The notes under the pieces were generated by a model. The model did no database searches. It had not been told where the DNA came from and worked only from the letters and a program-made list of their open reading frames with translations. A program made the position numbers and the translations under genes. Positions 1 through 9,614 of a DNA stretch of 64,000 nucleotides are shown in pieces. The stretch lies in contig CAWGAA010000001.1 of the NCBI GenBank assembly GCA_963820525.1, positions 192,001-256,000 of the forward strand, written 5' to 3'. Source of the DNA: an uncultured Spirochaetota bacterium (GTDB lineage Bacteria > Spirochaetota > Spirochaetia > SZUA-6 > Fen-1364). How positions within the stretch are numbered: position 1 is the stretch's first letter; every line of letters starts with the position of its first letter.

Positions 1-721
1 TATTCGAGCAAAGGGGGAATGTATAGAGAAGCACTTCTCGATCCTCAAGCAGAGATACGGCGAGAAGAAGCTGAAACAGGCGGCGCTGCGGCGGGCTCAC
101 CTCAACTACCAGCGCATCCACATCGGAGACAATCCCGGAAGCGGCCGGGTCAAGTTCCTCCTCGCCCAGATGCACCAGAACTACTACTTCGGATTCTCCG
201 AGAGCGCGTGCATCCTCGCGGGCACGCTCCTGGAGCAGGGGCTGATCTACCGGCTCGGCGGCCTGATGGACACGAAGGGGCCGCTGCGCTTTCGAAAGAA
301 CGGAGAAACGAAGTGGCTGCAGACCCGGCACGACCTGCTTGACCTGGAGCTGGTTGACATGCTGGATCTCGCCCGCGCCGAGGGGATCCTCAGGGAAGGC
401 AGGATCATCCTCCTGGCCCACGAGTTGCGCTGGATCAGGAACATGGTTGTGCACGACAAGATCCCCCTCTTTGCCGGCCGCGACGCGCGATTCTTAGAGA
501 TGTCCGTGGTGAAGAGTAGAAGGGGGAGAGTGAAGTATGCTAAGATACTCCTCGAAAAATCGGAAGTCGCCGAGCTTTCAGGCTCGCGCGCCGAGCTTAC
601 CGCGTACTTCTGCGTGAGCCGGGCGCGCATGATCCTGAGGAGCCTGTTCAACACTGCGGAAACGGAGGCGGGCAAGAAGAATGAGAGTAGTGGTGATCTT
701 TTTCTCTGGAAAGAATCGTGA
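1..721 (+). CDS. HEPN/DUF4145-like domain protein, 5' truncated at window edge
   Basis: The frame of ORF 170..721 stays open back to base 2. The protein has ACILAGTLLEQGL and an R-x4-H motif (RNMVVH, 437-454). Confidence 0.5.
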   Translation, partial: IRAKGECIEKHFSILKQRYGEKKLKQAALRRAHLNYQRIHIGDNPGSGRVKFLLAQMHQNYYFGFSESACILAGTLLEQGLIYRLGGLMDTKGPLRFRKNGETKWLQTRHDLLDLELVDMLDLARAEGILREGRIILLAHELRWIRNMVVHDKIPLFAGRDARFLEMSVVKSRRGRVKYAKILLEKSEVAELSGSRAELTAYFCVSRARMILRSLFNTAETEAGKKNESSGDLFLWKES

Positions 722-1094
722 CCGGCTGATGAACGTCGCCAAGGCTCTGGGAAGGGGCATCGAGAAGCAGGGAAACCAGGTCGACGTGTTCGATGGCGTC
801 AAGGACGCCAACGTAAAGCTCACGATGTACCAGTACGTCGTCATCGGAGCCGAGCCCATGGGCGCTTTCGGGGGAAAAATCCCGCAGGCTGTGAAGCCGT
901 TCCTGGAGACGGCCGGCATGGCTTCCGGAAAGAAGAGCTACGCTTTCGTGACCCGGACGGCAATCGGGGCCGAAAGATCCTTGGGCGCGCTCATGAAGAG
1001 CATGGAGCATGAAGGGCTGTATCTGAAAAACTCCGATGTTCTGCGTTCAGCCGAGGAGGCCGAGGAGATCGGCCGCAGGCTCCACGTGAGCTGA
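681..1094 (+). CDS. flavodoxin-like protein
   Basis: Flavodoxin-fold pattern: VVVIFFSG..., AKALGRGIEKQG, YVVIGAEP, GKKSYAFV. Confidence 0.6.
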   Translation: MRVVVIFFSGKNRDRLMNVAKALGRGIEKQGNQVDVFDGVKDANVKLTMYQYVVIGAEPMGAFGGKIPQAVKPFLETAGMASGKKSYAFVTRTAIGAERSLGALMKSMEHEGLYLKNSDVLRSAEEAEEIGRRLHVS

Positions 1095-1148
1095 GACCCG
1101 CGTCAGGCGCCCAACGGGTGCCCGACGCGGCGTGCGGGGGGCTCCCCT

Positions 1149-1922
1149 TCATTCCTTCCAGGGGAAGATCATCCCCTTCAACGTTCGTTTTCCAACCCGC
1201 TCCCTGTCCTCGATGAGAAGCGCGTCCCAGGGGATCTGTCTCCGGTTCGCCTGAGGATTCTTCTCGATATAATCGTACTTGTACAACCGCAGCTTCACAG
1301 CCACGTTCCACAGGAGGAAAACGGTCGAGAGCCCGGGGAGAATGAAGGCCACGAAAAGGGAGACCCCCGTGGTGATCAGGGTGCAAAGGAAAAGCCCGAT
1401 GGTGAAGCCCGAGTTGTCCAGGAGGACGAGGAAGCTCTTTCTCACCATCTTTCTGAAATTCCGATCCAGCCGCGACTGGATGGGGAAGATGTACTGCCCG
1501 GCGAGCAGGAGGATTACGGTCACCCAGAACAGGAGCGAGACAGCAAGGGGACCGACTATGGATTGAAGGCTTCCATAATAGCGGAAAGCAACCCTGACGA
1601 CGAAGACGTACACGGCGATAACGAGGGCCAGCAGAAGACTCGTGGGAAACGTCTCCTTCACGAAACGCCAGAAATCGCCGAACCCTGGCTGCTTGTAGTC
1701 CGCGATCTCCGAGGTCATGCGGCTCACCGCCCCCATGTAGACAGCGAGCAGGGCGATGCCGATCACGAGGGTCGCCAGAGCGAGGGCGGGGATGGAACCG
1801 AACAGAGGGTTGAGAACGAAAAAAATCGCCATGACGACGATGAATCCGAGGTTCATGATGATGATGCGGAACATGTTGTCCCACATATCGAAGAACGTCT
1901 TCTTGAGAAGGAATCCAAACAT
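1149..1922 (-). CDS. integral membrane protein (DUF624/YesL-like)
   Basis: About 6 hydrophobic segments. Start taken at MFGFLLKKTFFDMWDN. Confidence 0.6.
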   Translation of the reverse strand: MFGFLLKKTFFDMWDNMFRIIIMNLGFIVVMAIFFVLNPLFGSIPALALATLVIGIALLAVYMGAVSRMTSEIADYKQPGFGDFWRFVKETFPTSLLLALVIAVYVFVVRVAFRYYGSLQSIVGPLAVSLLFWVTVILLLAGQYIFPIQSRLDRNFRKMVRKSFLVLLDNSGFTIGLFLCTLITTGVSLFVAFILPGLSTVFLLWNVAVKLRLYKYDYIEKNPQANRRQIPWDALLIEDRERVGKRTLKGMIFPWKE

Positions 1923-2119
1923 GGCAAAACCATAGCATTCACCGTGAAAATGGTCAAACCTCGGCAGCGCCGGCCCCGGAGGCTCGGCCCTCGGGCGGCC
2001 GTCAGCCTGCCAGATCAATCCCGCGGCGACGTCAGCCCGGCGCACGCCGCCCCCGGGTGGCTCTCGCCGCCTTGACAAGGAGTGACTCCGTTAGCATCAT
2101 AGAATCTGTAAACCGCGCG

Positions 2120-2929
2120 ATGGTGAACTACTACGAGATCCTTGGGATCGGCCAGAACTCGACGACTCAGGAGATCAAGAAATCCTTCCGCAAACGCGCG
2201 AAAGAGATGCACCCGGACCTCAGCAGGGATGACAAGGACCGCTCGGAAGAGCGGATGCGCCTCCTGCTGGCGGCCTACGAAGTCCTGAGCAACCTCGAGA
2301 AGCGCCTGGAGTACGACCGCGCCCTCGGCGTGTTCCTCAGGGAGCGGGGATTCGACTACCGGGAGTTCCTCAAGCGCAGGAAGAACGACCCCTATAGCCA
2401 GTCGAAGCTCATTTTTCACGACCTGCTGACGAATCACAAGGACGAGGCGCTTGCTCTCTATGAGTCGCTCACCCTTACCCGCCGGTTCAACCTCGAGATG
2501 TACCTGTCGCGCGAGGACTACATGGACTGCGCTTTCCTCCTGGCGGAGCTGTTCGAGGGCAGGCAACGCTTCGCGGAAGCCTATGAGCTGTACAAGAAGC
2601 TCTATATCTACGAGCTTCAAAAGCCGTATTTCCACCATTTCACGGAGGAGATCGTGGACCGGCTTCGCAGCATCATCTGCTTTCACCTCGTCGGCCTTCT
2701 CTCCCCGCAGGAGTCCATCCGGTACCTCAACGAGATGATCCGCTTCGATTTCTCCCGCAAGGACAACGCGTTTTTCTACAAGAAGCTCGCCGAGGTCTAT
2801 TCCGCCCTGGGAGAGACTGATATGGCCGTCCAGTGCCTCCAGAAGGGGCTCCAGCTCGACCGCAAGCTCTCCGGGGTCAAGAAGCTCATGGAGAGGATCG
2901 GCTACTCGGTGTGCCTTGACAATCCCTGA
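2120..2929 (+). CDS. DnaJ-domain protein with C-terminal TPRs
   Basis: NYYEILG...HPD...AYEVLS J-domain, then TPR-like helices. Confidence 0.85.
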   Translation: MVNYYEILGIGQNSTTQEIKKSFRKRAKEMHPDLSRDDKDRSEERMRLLLAAYEVLSNLEKRLEYDRALGVFLRERGFDYREFLKRRKNDPYSQSKLIFHDLLTNHKDEALALYESLTLTRRFNLEMYLSREDYMDCAFLLAELFEGRQRFAEAYELYKKLYIYELQKPYFHHFTEEIVDRLRSIICFHLVGLLSPQESIRYLNEMIRFDFSRKDNAFFYKKLAEVYSALGETDMAVQCLQKGLQLDRKLSGVKKLMERIGYSVCLDNP

Positions 2930-2944
2930 TCTCTCCTGTTTACT
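2916..2944 (+). promoter_or_regulatory. putative sigma70 promoter for the PPIase-nusB genes
   Basis: TTGACA, 17 bp spacer, TTTACT. Confidence 0.5.
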
Positions 2945-2998
2945 TTCCCCCGTTCTCCTCAATCCAGCGGAATCGCATTCAAGGAGCGAGCATTCACG

Positions 2999-4051
2999 AT
3001 GAAACGGATCTTCGTTTTTTGCCTTTTTCTGGCGGCAGGGGCGGCATCCCTCTTTGCCCAGGCCATCGACAAGCCCGCCGCCACGGTCAGGCTTACAAAG
3101 CCCGAGGCGATAACGGTCAAGCAGCTTCGAAAGCTCGTCGATCCCCTGGAGGATCGGACGAAGAGGCAGCTCTCGAAGGAAGAGCGCATTCAAGTCCTTG
3201 ACAACATGATAAACCGTGATCTGCTCGAACAAGCCGCGGAGAGAGACAAGGTTGTCGTTTCGGACGCCGAGCTGAAGGCCAGGATGGATGAAATGAAAAA
3301 GGCGGCAGCTGCCCAGCTTGGCAGGGACCTGAGCGACGCCGACATGCTGAACATCGTGAAATCGCAGAACATGACGTGGGACGACTACGTCAGGGGGATA
3401 AAGGATTCGCTTCTGTTCCTCAACTACGCACGATTCAAGAACAAGGGGTTATTCGATTCGGTCGCCCAGCCAACGAATGATGACGCTCGCGACTACTATG
3501 AGCAGAACAAGACCAAGGAGTTCGTCTGGGACGACACGGTGAGGCTCCGCTGGATCCTCATCGACACGACACGGCTTGCTTCGAAAGATGAGCGGGACAA
3601 GGCGTCCAAGCGCGCCGATGACATCAACAAGGAGCTTCGGGGCGGCGCAAAGTTCGAGGACCTGGTGACGAAGTATTCTGACGACACATCCTCGAAATAT
3701 CGGGGAGGGGACGTGGGATGGCTCGTTCGGGGCGATGAGCAGCGGCGGCAGTTGCTGGGAAGCGACTTCAGCGACGCTATTTTCGCCCTCAAGAAGGGCG
3801 AGACCAGCGGCGTTGTCTCCTGCAAGGTCGGCTTCGCCATCGTGCAGGTGACGGACAGGATCGACGCGAAGATCCTCGGCTTCGAAGAGAAGATCCCGCC
3901 TCTGTACCAGACCATGGTGAAGGATTTCATCAAGAGCAAGCTGCTCATGCAGCGGCAGAACGATACATTCACGAAAGCCCTCACCGATATCGTCGCGGCC
4001 CTGCGCAAGCAAGCCGAAATCAAGGTCTTCGACGAAAACTTAAGCTGGTGA
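2999..4051 (+). CDS. SurA/PrsA-like parvulin peptidylprolyl isomerase
   Basis: Signal peptide, SurA-type N-domain, and rotamase motif FEDLVTKYSDD..SKYRGGDVGW. Confidence 0.85.
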   Translation: MKRIFVFCLFLAAGAASLFAQAIDKPAATVRLTKPEAITVKQLRKLVDPLEDRTKRQLSKEERIQVLDNMINRDLLEQAAERDKVVVSDAELKARMDEMKKAAAAQLGRDLSDADMLNIVKSQNMTWDDYVRGIKDSLLFLNYARFKNKGLFDSVAQPTNDDARDYYEQNKTKEFVWDDTVRLRWILIDTTRLASKDERDKASKRADDINKELRGGAKFEDLVTKYSDDTSSKYRGGDVGWLVRGDEQRRQLLGSDFSDAIFALKKGETSGVVSCKVGFAIVQVTDRIDAKILGFEEKIPPLYQTMVKDFIKSKLLMQRQNDTFTKALTDIVAALRKQAEIKVFDENLSW

Positions 4052-4130
4052 TGCGACGGCGCCGGCGGACAGGCCGCAGGCGGCGCGGGGGCTCGCCGGC
4101 GCGAGGGCCGCGAGGAACCGCCGGGTAGCC

Positions 4131-4556
4131 ATGGGAGCACGCAGAAGGGGAAGGATCATTGCCTTCCAGACTCTCTATCGATTCGACCTCTCGGGGGCGT
4201 GCCTCGAGGAGCTGCTCGATTTTTCCTGGATCGACGCTGAGAAGCTCACGAAGCTTCCCCACGAGGCCCTGCTTTTCTCGCGTCTTCTCATCCAGGGAAC
4301 CCTGGAAAACCTGGAGCACATAGACTCCGCAATAAAAAAGCAGCTGGAGAACTGGGACTTCTCGCGGCTTTCACGGGTGGACCTCGCGCTGCTTCGAATC
4401 AGCACCTACTGCCTGCTCTACCAGAAGGACATCCCCCCGACCGTGACGATAGACGAAGCGGTTGACATCTCAAAAACCTACGGCGCGGAGGATTCCTATC
4501 GATTCATCAATGGTGTTCTCGACGGGATCCATAAGCAGCTGGATCCCGGCCGGTGA
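4131..4556 (+). CDS. nusB: transcription antitermination factor NusB
   Basis: ARRRGRIIAFQTLY, RLSRVDLALLR, IDEAVDISK, FINGVLD. Confidence 0.97.
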   Translation: MGARRRGRIIAFQTLYRFDLSGACLEELLDFSWIDAEKLTKLPHEALLFSRLLIQGTLENLEHIDSAIKKQLENWDFSRLSRVDLALLRISTYCLLYQKDIPPTVTIDEAVDISKTYGAEDSYRFINGVLDGIHKQLDPGR

Positions 4557-4571
4557 CGGACGCGGCTAAAC

Positions 4572-4600
4572 TTGAAGCGCCGGCGGAACAATGGTATCCT
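4572..4600 (+). promoter_or_regulatory. putative sigma70 promoter for bactofilin-map
   Basis: TTGAAG, 17 bp spacer, TATCCT with an extended TG. Confidence 0.45.
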
Positions 4601-4631
4601 TCCCGCCGACGGCTCATCGAAAGGAGACGGC

Positions 4632-5099
4632 ATGGCACCCAACAAGAGCGATACGACGAATTGCATCATCGGCGAAGGGTCGATCTTCGACGGCCGGTTC
4701 TACGTTAATGGCTCGATCCTCATCGAGGGCAAGTTCCAGGGCGACATCAAGACGGACGATCAGCTCGTGGTGGGGCCGACGGGAAAGGTGAAGACCGATA
4801 TCGTGGCGCGAAGGGTGACCGTTGCGGGAACGCTGATCGGCAACATCTCCGCCTCGGAGGAGGTGACTCTCCTGCACACGGGCAAGGTACTGGGCAACAT
4901 CAACACCCCGAAGCTGACGGTGGAGCCGGGGGTCATCACCGAGGGCAAGGTCATCATCACATCGGGCCAGACCGACGACGCCAAGAAGATCATCGAAGAC
5001 TCCTTCGGAACCAACACGGACGACTCCTTCCTGTCCATCATGAAAGACAGGAAGAAGGATCGCGCGAAGGAAAGAGAGAAGGAAGATCCGGGCAAATAG
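4632..5099 (+). CDS. bactofilin (polymer-forming cytoskeletal protein)
   Basis: IIGEGSIFDG...IEGKFQGDI...GKVLGNINTPKLTVEPG beta-helix repeats. AAGGAG RBS. Confidence 0.92.
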   Translation: MAPNKSDTTNCIIGEGSIFDGRFYVNGSILIEGKFQGDIKTDDQLVVGPTGKVKTDIVARRVTVAGTLIGNISASEEVTLLHTGKVLGNINTPKLTVEPGVITEGKVIITSGQTDDAKKIIEDSFGTNTDDSFLSIMKDRKKDRAKEREKEDPGK

Positions 5100-5106
5100 G
5101 CCGCGT

Positions 5107-5866
5107 ATGATCCGCTTGAAGAATGAAAAGGAACTCGCCGGGATACGTGAATCGGCGAGTCTTCTCTCCCAGACCATGCGCGAGGTCGCCCGGCGCGTTG
5201 GAGAGGGCGTTTCGACGCGTGAGCTGGACGCCTTCGCCCGCTCGTACATCGAGAAGCACGGCGGGACGCCGTCCTTTCTCGGCTACATGAATTACCCCGC
5301 TTCACTGTGCGTTTCGGTGAACAGCGAGGTCATCCACGGCATCCCCGGCGCGCGAAAACTTCGGCAGGGCGATATCGTGAGCCTCGACCTCGGCGTGAGC
5401 CTCAACGGCTACTTCTCCGATATGGCCGTGACCCTGCCCGTAGGCGACATACCGGCGGCCAGGAGGAAGCTCCTCGATGTGACGCGCCGGTGCCTCAGCG
5501 CGGGGATCGAGCAGGCGGTCCCGGGAAACCGGGTGAGCGACATCTCCCGCGCCGTCTTTGAGCTCGCCGATAAAAACGGCTTCGGCGTGGTTCGCGAGTA
5601 CTGCGGCCACGGCGTCGGCTTCGCCAACCACGAGGACCCGCAGATCCCCAACTACGTGGGAGCCGGACCCAACCCGCGCCTGCGGGAGGGCATGGTGCTC
5701 GCCATAGAACCGATGATAAACGCGGGAACGGGCGACATCGAGCTTCTCTCCGACGGCTGGACGGTCATCACGGCAGATGGTTCCCCATCGGCCCACTTCG
5801 AGCATACCGTGGCAGTAGTCCGGGACGGCGTGGAGGATCCTCACGTCTTTCGACTACGAGGGGTGA
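5107..5866 (+). CDS. map: type I methionine aminopeptidase; +1 frameshift near 5835
   Basis: VIHGIP, DLG, SDMA, GHGVG, IEPM and SAHFEHT motifs. Removing one G at 5835-6 restores the end ...VEILTSFDYEG* (TGA 5864-66). Confidence 0.95.
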
Positions 5867-5869
5867 GCC

Positions 5870-6460
5870 ATGAGGAAAGAGTTTCTCCCCTTCCAGACCG
5901 TGCGCAATAATGCGCTGAAGCTCGCCGCCCGCATCTACCGGGAAGGCTTCCTCCCCGACGTGATCTACGTGTCGCTTCGCGGCGGGGCCTATATGGGCAA
6001 CGTGCTCAGCGAGTTCTTCAAGATCGTGCACAAGGGAAAGCGCCCCGTCTACTATGCGGCCGTCGTGGCCCGCTCATACACAGATATCGGAGAGCAGGAT
6101 CGGGTGAGGGTGGACGGCTGGACCTACGATCCCGAGTACCTGCGGACCGGCGACAGGGTCCTCCTGGTGGACGACATCTTCGATTCAGGCAGGACGGTCA
6201 ACCACCTCGTGGAGATCATCATGGACAAGGGCATCCCTCGCGACGACGTGCGGGTGGCGGTCCACGACTACAAACTGCGCCGCTACCTCTCCCGCCAGCT
6301 CCCCGTCCAGCCCGACTACTGGTGCCGCTTCCACGACCTCGCCGGGCCCGAAGACGACTTCTGGATACACTACATGAGCCACGAGCTCGTGGGATTGACC
6401 GAGGATGAGAAGAAGCTGCATTACTTCGATGAGGACCCCGAGCTGAAGGGAGTCCTGTAG
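5870..6460 (+). CDS. type I phosphoribosyltransferase (purine PRTase-like)
   Basis: PRPP loop VLLVDDIFDSGRTV and SLRGG. Confidence 0.85.
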   Translation: MRKEFLPFQTVRNNALKLAARIYREGFLPDVIYVSLRGGAYMGNVLSEFFKIVHKGKRPVYYAAVVARSYTDIGEQDRVRVDGWTYDPEYLRTGDRVLLVDDIFDSGRTVNHLVEIIMDKGIPRDDVRVAVHDYKLRRYLSRQLPVQPDYWCRFHDLAGPEDDFWIHYMSHELVGLTEDEKKLHYFDEDPELKGVL

Positions 6461-6480
6461 GGAGGAGTCTCCCTACTGGA
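6453..6480. terminator. hairpin between convergent genes
   Basis: GTAGGGAG-gagt-CTCCCTAC. Each arm contains one of the two facing stop codons. No U-tract. Confidence 0.45.
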
Positions 6481-7591
6481 TTGTCCAGCCGGAGACGCCG
6501 CTGGCGTTCGTGGCGTCCAATTTGCCCTTCCACAGGCCATTGCCGGCGGTGCAGGCGAACACGATATTCGTCGACGTATCGATCACTATCTTTCGGATCA
6601 CCGCGGTATAGAGGCTGAGGGTGATCATGGTCGTGTCCGCGGACCGCGACAGGGTGTTTGACGTGAGGTCAAGGTAGTAGTAGCCGTATCCTTCGGAACC
6701 GATGAGAAGCAGGTTGTGGCCCGAGGAGCCGGTGACGGGCCCCGAGATGCCGAAGTAAGAAACCGCGGTGCCGCCCTGGGTATCGGCTGAGATCGAGTTC
6801 CAGGCGCCGTTGTAATAATAGATCCCGCTCGCCTTGGAGGAAACGTAGACCACGCCGGAATTCAAGAAAACACCCTGAAGGACGTCCCCGGTGTTGATAT
6901 TCATGGAAGAAAGCGGGCTCGCAGCTCCCCGGTAGACCTGGCTTCCAGACACCGCGTAGTAGTTGGCTCCGTCATAGGTAGCGTCATTGATGGGGGTTTT
7001 CCAGCTCGATCCACCGAGAAGGGGATTGTATGTTGTCCCATCCGTGGAGTAGTAAAGGGTGTAATAGAACGGCTGTTCTGAAGGGCCTGCGCCGGAAATC
7101 GGCGTTGCCATGATGATGAGAAGCTGGCCATTGGCGACGATCAGCTTCGTAACCTGCGCCTTTGGGTCTGCGCCAGGAATCGAGACCAATGTCGAGGTAG
7201 AGAAGTCAGTTCCAGTTGCCTTGTACAATCCGAGGTTCGATCCTGGGGTAAAGAAGCCGCCGTAGAGGTTGGTTACCGTGGCGACGGTGAAGGCGACGAG
7301 CGCGTTGCACAAAGCTCCGGACTGGGGAGGGCTCTTCTTATCGACAGGCACCCATTGGACATTCCCCGTCCCGTCTCCGACGCCCTTGAATATGGATCCC
7401 GCTGCGGCGTAGAAGTCGTTTCCGATCTTCGCCACATCGAAGATGCTTAAGAGGTTTCCCAGGTTCGACTGCGGCTGCTCGGTCTCGTTTTCCAGGATGT
7501 AGAATATCAAGCCTCCGTTGGGCGTGCACGAAACCAGGAGCGCGGCGAGAATCACCGCGGGAATGACACGGAAAATCGGGCGTGGATTCAT
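6473..7591 (-). CDS. spirochaetal lipoprotein, beta-rich (propeller-like)
   Basis: Lipobox LLVSC. G/S/T/Y-rich sequence with lower GC than the flanks. Confidence 0.65.
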   Translation of the reverse strand: MNPRPIFRVIPAVILAALLVSCTPNGGLIFYILENETEQPQSNLGNLLSIFDVAKIGNDFYAAAGSIFKGVGDGTGNVQWVPVDKKSPPQSGALCNALVAFTVATVTNLYGGFFTPGSNLGLYKATGTDFSTSTLVSIPGADPKAQVTKLIVANGQLLIIMATPISGAGPSEQPFYYTLYYSTDGTTYNPLLGGSSWKTPINDATYDGANYYAVSGSQVYRGAASPLSSMNINTGDVLQGVFLNSGVVYVSSKASGIYYYNGAWNSISADTQGGTAVSYFGISGPVTGSSGHNLLLIGSEGYGYYYLDLTSNTLSRSADTTMITLSLYTAVIRKIVIDTSTNIVFACTAGNGLWKGKLDATNASGVSGWTIQ

Positions 7592-7605
7592 CTCTTTTGT
7601 TTCCC

Positions 7606-8205
7606 CTAATAGTGGTAGAGCGCCGAGAAGGAGACCTCAAGGAAGTTCCCGACCCGGGATTGGCTTGGATCGGCCGCGAACTGCATGTCCCACCAGTAGA
7701 CGGTGTTCACGCCGAATGACCAGGAGGAGTTGAAGATCCAGAACAGGGAGGCGCCGGGCTTGAGGAGCGGGTCGATGATCGAGCTGTCCTGGTACTTGAC
7801 GATGTTCATGCCTGCTCCCAGGTAGATCGGGATCTCGAAGGGATAGATCGTGAAGCTGTAGGAAATCTTCGCCGTGATAGGGAGCATGAGCAGGAGGTTC
7901 GAGTTGGGGCTCAAAGCGAACAGGCCGCCGACTTCGATCCCCAGGCGGATGTTCGGCGTAAGGTACGCCTGCCACTGGAGGGAGCCGATTCCGCCCACGC
8001 TCAGGTGCGTGCTGTAGGCCGCCGGCTGCCAGGACATGAAAAACAGCGGCATGAAGATCCCGGCGTTTACCGCCAGCGTTTGATCGCCAAGGGAGTACTG
8101 GGGAGCCGCCTCGGGGCGTGTCTCCTTCTGCTGGGCGAAGAGGGGGGAAAGGATGCACAGGACAAGGGAAAGAACCATCAAGGTCCGTACGACTGCTTTA
8201 TTCAC
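7606..8205 (-). CDS. TP0733-like (OmpW-like) outer-membrane beta-barrel
   Basis: Signal peptide, GDQ motif, amphipathic strands, C-terminal ALYHY. GTG start with GGAG RBS. Confidence 0.75.
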   Translation of the reverse strand: MNKAVVRTLMVLSLVLCILSPLFAQQKETRPEAAPQYSLGDQTLAVNAGIFMPLFFMSWQPAAYSTHLSVGGIGSLQWQAYLTPNIRLGIEVGGLFALSPNSNLLLMLPITAKISYSFTIYPFEIPIYLGAGMNIVKYQDSSIIDPLLKPGASLFWIFNSSWSFGVNTVYWWDMQFAADPSQSRVGNFLEVSFSALYHY

Positions 8206-8239
8206 GCGTTTTCTCCGTACTTGATGTGTCGGTATAAAG

Positions 8240-8268
8240 ATCCTACCATCAGCGGGAAGTTTTTTCAA
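8240..8268 (-). promoter_or_regulatory. putative sigma70 promoter for the OMP gene
   Basis: TTGAAA, 17 bp spacer, TAGGAT with an extended TG. Confidence 0.5.
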
Positions 8269-9128
8269 GTTTCAGCGAGGCCCTCGGCGTTCTCTACGTC
8301 GAGCACGAGGTTTCGGATGGGGCCGTCGATGGAGATTTCCACGCTCCTCTGGGAGTCCCGCACACCCGTGCTCACGAAAGATCCGTCTTCCATCCGCTCG
8401 AGGTCGCCCTGGGGATAATCGACCCGACAGAAGGGGTTGAGCAGGACCACCTGAGCATAGGCGCGGGAGGGAAGCACAATGGACAGGTCTGCGCTGGAGG
8501 AATATATCTGCGCCGTGAGCTTTTTCTGCAGCCCACCGATGTAGATTTCCTGTTTTCCGTATCCCGCCCGCATGTCGATGCTCTCGACGCTGAGCCGGCG
8601 CAGGTCCATGAGGAGATTGGCCTCGTGGAGGTGGAGCTCCAGCCGGGCCGGAAGTGAGCGGGGCAGCCCGAGGTGCCAGGTATTGAGGAGCTGGAAATAC
8701 GAGGGAAAGAAGGGCTGGCTCGTCGTTATCGCAAGGATCGTGGTTGCGCCCCGCGTTTCGCGCACGATCGCCGGATCCCCCATGGGCCCGATCTGCTCCG
8801 CGGTCAGGATGGGGCTGCCCTTTGCCGCACACAGGTTGAGCGTGCCATAGGAGAAATGCACCCTGCAGAGAAGCTCTGCGGAGTCGGGCTCCATGGGGAG
8901 AGGGAATTCCTTTCGCTGCATCAGAGACGAGCGGGTGAATCGCCGCTTCATGAGCGAATCCGTCAGAAGGAGGATCCCCGCCAGGATGAGCACGAGGGGC
9001 CAGAGGTCGACGACGGCCTGTTTGGTGGCTTCGGGGATGAGCTGAAGGTTGTACCCGAGGAGGAACAGCCCGAGGATCAGGCAGAAGGCGGAGACCAGGA
9101 GGGTGATCCTCTTGGTGAGGGGGTGCAT
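8265..9128 (-). CDS. LiaF/LiaI-like membrane-anchored protein
   Basis: N-terminal LILGLFLLGYNL...LWPLVLILAGILLL helices, then a beta-rich domain. Confidence 0.6.
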   Translation of the reverse strand: MHPLTKRITLLVSAFCLILGLFLLGYNLQLIPEATKQAVVDLWPLVLILAGILLLTDSLMKRRFTRSSLMQRKEFPLPMEPDSAELLCRVHFSYGTLNLCAAKGSPILTAEQIGPMGDPAIVRETRGATTILAITTSQPFFPSYFQLLNTWHLGLPRSLPARLELHLHEANLLMDLRRLSVESIDMRAGYGKQEIYIGGLQKKLTAQIYSSSADLSIVLPSRAYAQVVLLNPFCRVDYPQGDLERMEDGSFVSTGVRDSQRSVEISIDGPIRNLVLDVENAEGLAET

Positions 9129-9134
9129 GGCGCT

Positions 9135-9164
9135 ACTCTAGGCGCTTTGGCGGCCGGTTGTCAA
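9135..9164 (-). promoter_or_regulatory. putative promoter, possibly leaderless
   Basis: TTGACA, 18 bp spacer, TAGAGT, then 6 nt to the ATG at 9128. No SD sequence. Confidence 0.45.
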
Positions 9165-9236
9165 TGAGAGCTCCGTGGCCGCGAGTAGACAGCGGAAGAA
9201 CGCGTGTGTACATTAAAGAGCGTTTGGAGGTGCTGC

Positions 9237-9596
9237 ATGAGTGACATCGTGCCCAGGAGCCAGTTGAACAAGAGAGGCGTCCAGGGGGTTGCCGCAATCG
9301 CGGGAGGAATCGGCGTCTTGATACTGTCGGCCTTCGGCGGGCACCTGATCGGCGGCCTGCTCGTGGGAGGCGCCATCACCATTGTCGGTCTCGCTCTCAG
9401 CGGCTCCAGGAATGACAGGACCGTGGGCCTCGTGACAGCGGCTTTGGGGGCGGCGACCATTATCTCATCCATCCCGTTCCTGCGGGGCATCGGCGGGTTT
9501 TTCCATGGCTTGATGGTCGCCTCAGGCATCGTTCTCCTCGGAATCGGCGGTCTCTCACTTTTCCGCTTCATCTCGGGCCTGCGCAAGAGGATGTAG
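9237..9596 (+). CDS. small Gly-rich membrane protein
   Basis: GGAGG RBS and about 4 TM segments. Confidence 0.7.
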   Translation: MSDIVPRSQLNKRGVQGVAAIAGGIGVLILSAFGGHLIGGLLVGGAITIVGLALSGSRNDRTVGLVTAALGAATIISSIPFLRGIGGFFHGLMVASGIVLLGIGGLSLFRFISGLRKRM

Positions 9597-9614
9597 CGGG
9601 GCTCATTTCTTCCC

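Noticed and set aside
19..342. 107-aa ORF
   Set aside because: It is an alternative frame of the gene that runs in from the left edge.
1960..2070. GC-rich intergenic stretch (also 4055-4125) as possible ncRNA
   Set aside because: No recognisable RNA family motif; pairing is expected at this GC content.
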